In this document: positions 52,339 to 60,008 of the stretch, piece after piece
How positions within the stretch are numbered: position 1 is the first letter of the stretch
How the letters are laid out: every line of letters starts with the position of its first letter
Source of the DNA: Hydrurus foetidus
Taxonomy: Eukaryota
NCBI GenBank assembly: GCA_900617105.1
Contig: UYFQ01000010.1
Coordinates: 1 to 64,000, forward strand
DNA: 64,000 nucleotides
Direction: 5' to 3'
Made by a program: the position numbers and the translations under genes
The notes under the pieces: model-generated
Told to the model about the DNA's origin: nothing
The model's input: only the letters and a program-made list of their open reading frames with translations
Databases searched by the model: none

Positions 52339-54537
52339 TTATCCAAGGGTTTACCCTGTGCGAGGGTTTACCCTAGGTAAGCCCAGGCCGTGCCTTAGGA
52401 GTGGGTGTAGCCATCTTTTTCGATGCCAAGCCCCATTCCGGCGAAGTTTATGAGCACGCAGTCGGGTCCGGGCGCCACTTGGCGGCGGAATTCCCTGTAT
52501 GGAACCCCACCTAAGTACCCGTTGCAGGGTGTCAAACGCTCCCAGACCCGCTTGAGCGAGTGGCGCTGAGGCTTGGTCAGGAAGATCATGTGAACACCAA
52601 TGCCGTAAACCTTGCAGCCCGGTATTCACGGGAGTTCTGTCGGGGTTTCTGCTTGGGTTCGACCCAGAAACTACGCACCAGAGTGTTGGTTTGCCCGGTC
52701 ACCTCGAACACCTTGCCCGAGCATTTGCTTGCCCGGTTCATGGCGGTCTCGATTTTTTGGGTCAGCCGGCCGTACCTGGTGAAGACGGGGTCGGGGGCGC
52801 CGACGTTGTCGGGCCTCATGACGTAATAGAGGGACATTTTGAGTTGGACTCCAAGTTGTGCGCCAATTCAGCGCGGGTTGATTATGCGGTCGCCTTGATG
52901 ACGGTCCGGGCGTACTGGGCAAAGGTCATAGGGCGAAAGCCCTGAAGACGTGCCGATGCGACGTGAATTTCATATGTGGTCATGGTTTGGACTCCAAAAG
53001 TGCTTAAAAATTAAGCAGAAACAGGGTTAAAAATCAAATTGGGGCTGCCCCCGACAACGGCAACGTTAGCGCTAACGTAAACGCTATCCCGACAACGTCA
53101 TCGTCAAGGCCAGCGAACCAGCCCCAAAACGATCTCAGGCAAGCCCCGACAACGTCGAGGAATTAGCCGTGCAGGTTGGCCTGGACAACGTCGGTGATGT
53201 CCATAAAGCCTGAGTTGTGGCCACACATCACAACCCACTTGCCTCCGAGGTGCCGGGCGTGGCTGTAAAGCCGCGCAATGTCAGGCGTGGAGAAGGTGTA
53301 GACGGCTGAGCCGTCTTCCCAGATGTAGTACATGGCCAGAACTCCTATTGGTTTGAAAATCAGATTGCAGCAACCCCGACAACGTCATCGTCGGGGTTGG
53401 CGATGAATTTCACGATGTGAAACCAATCCCGTAATACCTGGCCATCGCCTGGGCAGTGGACAGGATGGATTCCTTGTCGTTGTCGTGGGCGCTGATGGGC
53501 GGCACGTCGCTGTCGTTGTCGGGGCCAACGGCGCAGTATTCGCCCCAGTCGGTATCCCGATACACCTTGACCAGCCCCACACGGGCAATGAGACGTTTTG
53601 GCATTTGAATTCCTTGATTGAGAATCGTTTATATTCCGATTGAAATAAAAAGCCCTATTAAGGCTCTTTAGTTCAACACCCCGACAACGCCGGTGTTGAT
53701 GGCGTTGTCGGGGGTCTAGGTTTGAAACCTTGGCGCAATACACGCCAACAGGCCGGCCACGCCGGGATTGCACAGAACACGCCCTGTGCGATGGCGGATT
53801 GGTAGCCTTATCATCGGCTGGAGGTTGATCAACTTATGGGTGCTAGTAGTAGCCCGAGCTTGGTATTGCAATCAGGGCGTGCACCATGTGCTGCATATCC
53901 CCACGAATGGGTTCAGCGAGCCCCGTCAAGGGCTATCACGGTGACTATGAGTCACACACCTGCCCATTGTCATTACCGGGGGTCAGGGTTCCATGCGTCC
54001 AGCATGGGTCCAGGGCTTGCACCTGCTATACGCTTGATATGGGTTCGGGGCTAGAGGTTCTTGTCACTGCGTGGGCCATTGGGCTGGTCAGGGATTGGTG
54101 AGATTGACCACTGGGACGGCTCGGCGCTCATGCGCTGTCGCTGTCGGGGTTCTGATTCCTGAGGAACTGCTTGGCTTTGTTGGTTGCTGATGACTATCCC
54201 CTACGGACTAGCGTAGGGGACTGCACATCTCTAGGGTCGCCATATCATTGATACGGGCGCCCCGACAAGGTGCGGCACGGGGCCGGTGGCAACGGGCTTA
54301 GCCCGTGGCTTTGCCCTTGTCGGGGCTACATACGGTAAATTTTTAATGACCGAAGCTGACCAAGTTCAAAGCACACGCGGCTTCACCGGCACGGTCGAAG
54401 GGGTAAACCTTGTCCGATTGGGTAAAACGTGCGCACTGATCCAGTGTTGCCAAAATGGCAACTTGTCAGGCTGTGAGTGTAAGACTCACATCTAAGGGAA
54501 AACCCTTAGATGTAAACCCTAGGGTTTACGTTTTGGG

Positions 54538-55431
54538 TTAGGTTGTTAGCTCGGGGTCTGTTGTCTTGGCTTCGCTCTTAGCGGTTTCAATATCTAGCCA
54601 AAGAGTTAGCGTGTCGCAAAGTGCGCGCTTTACTCCCTTTGTGTCTTTCCAAAGTGTGGCCACGATGGCCAGTGTTGCGATCATTGAAGCCTTATTTGTC
54701 GGGCTATCCATGCCACACACAGTCAGTGCCTTAACATCTGATTTTGTAAGGTTAGCCTTTATGTCTTGCATGAACGGGCGATACTGGCCATTTTCTAGTG
54801 CCTTGATATCCGAAGCCTGAGCGGTCGACTGGCGCGCCTTACGTGGCGCAAAACTTGCAGCTGTAGCGCTATGCGCGGTTTTTGTTGTCCCTTTGGCTGT
54901 TTGCCACACGGTGACACCCTGAGCTTTAAGGCTTGCCACTTCTAAGGCGTAGGCGTTGGCCAGTGTCTCAGCGTTGGCGGTGGCCAGTGTCTCAGCGTTG
55001 GCGGTGGCCAGTGTCTCAGCGGTGGCCAGTGTCTCAGCGTTGGCGGTGGCCAGTGTCTCAGCGGTGGCCAGTGTCTCAGCGTTGGCCAGTGTCTCAGCGT
55101 TGGCCAGTGTCTCAGCGTTGGCGTTGGCCAGTGTCTCAGCGTTGGCGTTGGCCAGTGTCTCAGCGTTGGCGGTGGCCAGTGTCTCAGCGTTGGCGGTGGC
55201 CAGTGTCTCAGCGGTGGCCAGTGTCTCAGCGTTGGCGGTGGCCAGTGTCTCAGCGGTGGCCAGTGTCTCAGCGTTGGCCAGTGTCTCAGCGTTGGCCAGT
55301 GTCTCAGCGTTGGCGTTGGCCAGTGTCTCAGCGTAGGCGTTGGCCAGTGTCTCAGCGGTGGCCAGTGTCTCAGCGTTGGCCAGTGTCTCAGCTGGTGCGT
55401 TGTTTTTTGTGGTGCGTGTAGAGCGTGACAT
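54538..55431 (-). CDS. Repeat-containing protein, first gene of the leftward arm
   Basis: Unique N- and C-termini in frame with 21 AETL repeats; all units are multiples of 3 nt; ATG at 55431 preferred over GTG at 55455. Confidence 0.6.
   Translation of the reverse strand: MSRSTRTTKNNAPAETLANAETLATAETLANAYAETLANANAETLANAETLANAETLATAETLATANAETLATAETLATANAETLATANAETLANANAETLANANAETLANAETLANAETLATAETLATANAETLATAETLATANAETLATANAETLANAYALEVASLKAQGVTVWQTAKGTTKTAHSATAASFAPRKARQSTAQASDIKALENGQYRPFMQDIKANLTKSDVKALTVCGMDSPTNKASMIATLAIVATLWKDTKGVKRALCDTLTLWLDIETAKSEAKTTDPELTT
54957..55392. repeat. Tandem repeat: 21 x TGGCCAGTGTCTCAGC in 18- or 24-nt units
   Basis: Counted directly. Confidence 0.97.
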
Positions 55432-55681
55432 TGTAGAAGCCTTAAAAAGTGACACGTGCAGGGATGGCGTGCACGCGGAGGAGGGGGATAGGAGAATTAA
55501 CCATGTAATTAATGTAACCGATTAAGGCGACACTGTCCGCGCATTAAAGCAACAAATAAAAAATAAGTAAGTTGACGGCTACCCTTTTCTATGCTAGAGA
55601 GCTCCGGCCCGGGCCCCTGGGGCCTTAAATAAAAATCAAAAATACTACAACTTTGCCTTATTAGTATGTAATAATGTAGCC

Positions 55682-56158
55682 ATGAACAAGCACACACCCC
55701 AATACGCAGAGATGGTTTCCAGGCTCGTATCCGGGGAGCTGTCCCGCAAGCAGGCCGCCGATGAGTACGGGGTTAACTTCGGAACACTATCGTCCTGGCT
55801 AATCCGAGACAAGATCAAAACACCCCGGGTAAAGCTCGTCACCGGGGCGGCCCGGGCAGCCGCTGATAGGGCCAATGAAGATCCCGACAAGGTCATCGCC
55901 CTGGACCAGGCAGTCGCCATGGTGCTGGCCGGGGAGTGCACGGCCTACGGAGCGGCAAAGGCAGACGCTAGGGTCAACCTAAGCACCCTGAACGTGCGAA
56001 TCAGAAAAGCCCGGGAAGCCGAGGGCGGGACAAAGCGCAGGGCGGGCCGCCCAACACCGGCCAACGCAGCGGATGCAGTGGAGGCTGTACGCCTCGCACG
56101 CCTTGCACTGCGCCAGGCCGAGGCCAACCTGGAGACGTTCCTGGCCCGCACCGAGTAG
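55682..56158 (+). CDS. Tandem-HTH DNA-binding protein, repressor candidate
   Basis: LSRKQAADEYGVNFGTLSSW and TAYGAAKADARVNLSTLNVR; divergent from the early arm. Confidence 0.65.
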   Translation: MNKHTPQYAEMVSRLVSGELSRKQAADEYGVNFGTLSSWLIRDKIKTPRVKLVTGAARAAADRANEDPDKVIALDQAVAMVLAGECTAYGAAKADARVNLSTLNVRIRKAREAEGGTKRRAGRPTPANAADAVEAVRLARLALRQAEANLETFLARTE

Positions 56159-56286
56159 CGCGCCCGGGATAAATTCCACAATGTGAAATTTCTGATGGAG
56201 TTGAAGCCCAGAAAAACAAGAGCCGCAGGCCAAGCAGACATCTACGGAGTCGGCCCGATAATTTGAGATAACAAACAGGGAAAACC

Positions 56287-56727
56287 ATGAAAATAATCGC
56301 AGTATTGATCCTCGCAGCCCTGACAGGCTGCGCCACCACGGCCCAGAAAGACCTGAAGTTCGAGCAGGACCTCAAAGCAGTCAATAGGCTGGAGAGTTCG
56401 CTGGCTGGCACCAAGGTTAAGTGTGGTAATTCGCAAAGGTGCGCCAAGATGTTTGCGTTGACGAAGGCCTACGTGCGGGCCAACTCCGACATGAAGGTGC
56501 AAACCTCTGACGAAAATAGCATCTCCACCTACAACCCAATCACCTATGGCCACATAGGGTTGCAGGCGGAGCTGGTTCCAGACAAAGGGGACACAGGAGT
56601 GATCAAGATCGACGGCAGCTGCAAGGGGATGCTTGTGGACCCGGCCATGTACCAGAGGGACTGCTCCAACCGCTTGGCAACTGCATTTGAAGGCTTCCTG
56701 CCGTATTTAGCCGACAAAGTTGATTAA
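56287..56727 (+). CDS. Lipoprotein, possible superinfection exclusion
   Basis: MKIIAVLILAALTGC lipobox. Confidence 0.7.
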   Translation: MKIIAVLILAALTGCATTAQKDLKFEQDLKAVNRLESSLAGTKVKCGNSQRCAKMFALTKAYVRANSDMKVQTSDENSISTYNPITYGHIGLQAELVPDKGDTGVIKIDGSCKGMLVDPAMYQRDCSNRLATAFEGFLPYLADKVD

Positions 56728-56856
56728 ATGACCTCAAAACGCGCAAGAAACCCTAGAAAAACACCACCAACGGAGCCAAAACCGCCAAAATAGACCCCAA
56801 ATCTGGGCAAATCAGCCCAGATCCCACAAGAAAAAGAGCCGTACACCGGCCGTTCT

Positions 56857-57294
56857 ATGCTAAAAAAAGACATCCAGGATCTGCCCGGAGCAGGTCAGCG
56901 CGCGACCATAGGGGCGACCCACAGCCTGCAGGTGAACGTGGCGGGCATGCCCGTCGCAGAGCTGCTCCAGCTGCGGGCCGAGATCAACGCCGCGCTGCCC
57001 GCGAGCAGCCTCAAAGACCTTGACCTGGCGTCCGAGCTGGTGATCCAGGTGCTGGCGCTGCAGGCTGCCCAGGCAAGAGCCCTGGGCGACGACGACACCC
57101 CCACCAACCAGCTGGCCCAGGCAATGGGCGCGCTCACGTCGGCCCTCACAAGCCTGGTGAGGCTGCAGAACGAAACCTACACATCCGAGCGCATCAAGAA
57201 GATGGAGCAAATCTTCGTGGAGTGCGCTGTGGGGCTGCCTGCGGACACCTACACGGCGTTCCTGATTGAGTACGAGCGACGGCTGAAGGGCTGA
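56857..57294 (+). CDS. Terminase small subunit candidate
   Basis: Helical 145-aa protein upstream of TerL; positional inference. Confidence 0.55.
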   Translation: MLKKDIQDLPGAGQRATIGATHSLQVNVAGMPVAELLQLRAEINAALPASSLKDLDLASELVIQVLALQAAQARALGDDDTPTNQLAQAMGALTSALTSLVRLQNETYTSERIKKMEQIFVECAVGLPADTYTAFLIEYERRLKG

Positions 57295-57295
57295 G

Positions 57296-58285
57296 GTGCT
57301 TAACCTCAGTGTCGGTGCGCGGGTACGGGCCGCCCATCGGAATTTTCAGCCGAACCCACCGGCTATTTGCCGGCAGTGCCTGGGTCTCACCCAACACGCC
57401 CAGCTATTCGGTAGTAGGAAGTTCACGGGCATCTGCAAAGGCTGCAGGGAGGACAACCGGCGGGCCTCTGTATCAGCGGCGAGGAAGCTGGCCATCTCCA
57501 GGCTGGTGCAGCCTGCCAAGAAAGTGTGCACGGCATGCAACCGTGACAAGCCTCGAACACAGTACCGTAAAGCACCGGGTACAAAGGTTGCAGGGTGTGT
57601 GGTCCCAAAGTGCAGGGCGTGCGAGGCAGCAGCCCGCAAATCTGCCTGGTCGAACTTGTCGGAAGACGAGAGGAGAGCCACAAACCTTAAAACGGTTGAG
57701 TGGCGTAGGCAAAAGACCGCAGACGCGCGGGCCCAACGCGCGGCCAATAGGGCGACAGCAAAGGCCTCGAAGCTGACCCGAACGGAAAAGGCCTGCATCA
57801 CCTGCAGAACTGTCAAGGCCCTCGACAACTTCAGCCCCAACGGCAAGGCCGTAGACGGGCGTATAGGTCGGTGCAAGTCATGCGAGGCGGAATACGCATC
57901 TCGACGGCGCGCAGAGGACCCGCAGGGCTACCTTGACCAGGCCAAGGCCCGCCGGCACCAAAATCCAGAGGCTGTCTCAGCTCGCAATGGACGGGTGCGC
58001 GATGCCAGGCGGAAGATGCCGTGGGCAGACGCGGCCGCCTCGCGGGCTGTGTACGAGCAGGCCAGGCAGATGACACTCGCCACAGGGATACCCCACGCCG
58101 TGGACCACATCTATCCGTTGGTAAGCGAGCACGTCTGCGGACTGCATGTGGCCGCCAACCTGAGGGCGGTGCTACGCCAATTGAACGCCAGGAAGCAGAA
58201 CAAGCTCCCGGGATTCCTAGCTCAAGAGCTATGGGACCCATCCGCCCCTCACGTATTCAAAGAAGAAAAACAACATGAGCAGTGA
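57296..58285 (+). CDS. HNH endonuclease with repeated CxxC zinc ribbons
   Basis: HAVDHIYPL...CGLHVAANL...NARKQNK; multiple CxxC pairs. Confidence 0.85.
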   Translation: MLNLSVGARVRAAHRNFQPNPPAICRQCLGLTQHAQLFGSRKFTGICKGCREDNRRASVSAARKLAISRLVQPAKKVCTACNRDKPRTQYRKAPGTKVAGCVVPKCRACEAAARKSAWSNLSEDERRATNLKTVEWRRQKTADARAQRAANRATAKASKLTRTEKACITCRTVKALDNFSPNGKAVDGRIGRCKSCEAEYASRRRAEDPQGYLDQAKARRHQNPEAVSARNGRVRDARRKMPWADAAASRAVYEQARQMTLATGIPHAVDHIYPLVSEHVCGLHVAANLRAVLRQLNARKQNKLPGFLAQELWDPSAPHVFKEEKQHEQ

Positions 58286-59963
58286 ACTGATCGAACAACA
58301 CCTTGCGCGCCTGCGTATGGCGCACACCACCGTTGACCGCACTCAGCTGTCCAAGTGGGTGGAGCAAAACACCTACCTCAACGGAAAAAAATACTCCTTC
58401 GAGGGGCACAGCTTCCAGCGCCGAATCATGGACGACCCCAGCGACCACAAAGTGATACGCAAGTGCTCGCAGGTGGGCCTGAGCGAGACGTCGCTGCGTA
58501 TCGCCGTGGCGCTGATGGGGGTGATGCGCAACTTCGTGGTGATCTACGTATTGCCGACGGCCTCGTTTGCCGCGGTGTACGGGAAGACCCGGTTGAACCC
58601 GGTGGTGATGTCTAGCCCAGCCCTGCGCCAGGCGGTAGATTCCTCCATGATCGACAACCAGGACGTTAAGCAGTTTGGTAGCAACTTCCTGTGGATGCGG
58701 GGCGCGTCGTCCGACACGGCGCCAATTTCCGTGGCGGCCGACATGGTGATCGTGGACGAAAAGTCCTTCTGCAACCCGGAGGTCGTGAAGCAGTTTCACA
58801 GCCGACTGTCGCACTCCAAGTACCGGTGGAGAATTGACTTATCCACGCCCACGCATCCGGGTGACCCTATTGATGAAGCTTTCCAAAAAAGCAAGCGCCA
58901 CTGGAACATGGTGAAGTGCCACAGGTGTGCTCACACCTTCATACCTAACTACTACGATCACGTAGTGGTGCCGGGGTGGGACAAGCCCCTGGACGAGATC
59001 ACCAAAAACAACCTGCACCTTACCCATTTCGAGGCGGCCTACCTGGCGTGCCCGCACTGCGGCAAGGAGCCGGACCTGGGGGACGAGCACCGGGAGTGGG
59101 TAATAGAGAACTGTGACGAGAGTTGGGGGTCCACGGGCTACCAGGTCCAACCTTTCGATGCTCCGACAGTCATCAGCATCCCGTACCTGGTGCAGTCGTC
59201 CACGGCCTATGACACCAAGTCCAGGTTTCGCCAGTACAACCTTGGGCTGCCGTCGGAGGACGCGGAGAGTGGCCTGCTGGATGAGGACATTGAGGCCGCT
59301 GGCATTGACTACGACCCGTGCTTCGGCCAGCACGTGATGGGCATAGACTTGGGGATGACGTGCCACTTCGTCGTGGCTGCCATGGCGCCCGATCAGACGA
59401 TGATCGTGGTGCATTACGAGCGGGTGCCGCTGAGTAAATTCAGGACTCGGTACTCCGAACTCTGCGCAAAGTACCGTATATCCATCAAAGTGTTGGACCA
59501 GCAGCCGTACAGTGACCTTGTTATGCAGCTGTGCAACGTGGACCCCAACGTCTTCGGGGCGCTTTTCGTCACCCGAAACGGCATGGGCCTTTTTGATGTG
59601 CAGAAGCGTGAGGACGACCCGGACCACGCCCTTGCCGGGTTGAAGCAGGTTCAGATCAGCCGCAGCGCGATGCTTGACAAACTGTTGGCTGAGATCCGCG
59701 ACGGCAACGTCAAAATTAGGCGCACGGATGAGTGGAAGTTGTTGAAGTCCCACATGCTCAGCATGAAGCGCAGCGCCGCCGCCCTGCGCAACGGGGAGTT
59801 CAAGACCCAGTGGACAAAATCGAGCGACGGGCAGGATCACTACCACTTCGCTGTGCTGTTCGCCTGGGTGGCGGCGCAGATGCGGGGGATAGCGTCGGGG
59901 GTTTCGCTGCCGATGATGGGCGTCGGCTCTTTCAAGATCACGGGTCTGAAGCCTCAGCGATAG
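58275..59963 (+). CDS. Terminase large subunit (GpA-like)
   Basis: RKCSQVGLSE, VIVDE, LSTPT, CHRC/CPHC, MGIDLG, QDHYH. Confidence 0.9.
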   Translation: MSSELIEQHLARLRMAHTTVDRTQLSKWVEQNTYLNGKKYSFEGHSFQRRIMDDPSDHKVIRKCSQVGLSETSLRIAVALMGVMRNFVVIYVLPTASFAAVYGKTRLNPVVMSSPALRQAVDSSMIDNQDVKQFGSNFLWMRGASSDTAPISVAADMVIVDEKSFCNPEVVKQFHSRLSHSKYRWRIDLSTPTHPGDPIDEAFQKSKRHWNMVKCHRCAHTFIPNYYDHVVVPGWDKPLDEITKNNLHLTHFEAAYLACPHCGKEPDLGDEHREWVIENCDESWGSTGYQVQPFDAPTVISIPYLVQSSTAYDTKSRFRQYNLGLPSEDAESGLLDEDIEAAGIDYDPCFGQHVMGIDLGMTCHFVVAAMAPDQTMIVVHYERVPLSKFRTRYSELCAKYRISIKVLDQQPYSDLVMQLCNVDPNVFGALFVTRNGMGLFDVQKREDDPDHALAGLKQVQISRSAMLDKLLAEIRDGNVKIRRTDEWKLLKSHMLSMKRSAAALRNGEFKTQWTKSSDGQDHYHFAVLFAWVAAQMRGIASGVSLPMMGVGSFKITGLKPQR

Positions 59964-60008
59964 CCCGGGGGATTGCTTTGTCAAAGCCATCGACCCCAGT
60001 CTGGGGCG

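Larger units (their letters stand above)
32139..53604 (-). other. Array of roughly 50 small, tightly coupled leftward early genes, mostly hypothetical
   Basis: Head-to-tail minus-strand ORFs with GGAG RBSs and ATGA/GTGA overlaps; includes short ORFs below the track cutoff (52882-52983, 53163-53333). Confidence 0.8.

Noticed and set aside
31604..53748. True integron attC array
   Set aside because: Repeats lack RYYYAAC/GTTRRRY ends and long imperfect palindromes; the integrase shows no recognisable IntI features.
49526..54194. Hammerhead ribozyme cores (CTGATGA near 49530 minus and 54187 plus)
   Set aside because: No correctly placed GAAA or three-stem junction found.
54957..55392. CRISPR array
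   Set aside because: No unique spacers; linkers are 2 or 8 nt of reused sequence; no cas genes.
54933..55421. Plus-strand ORFs (RWPVSQ and ASVSAL repeats)
   Set aside because: Shadows of the tandem repeat without convincing unique domains or RBS.
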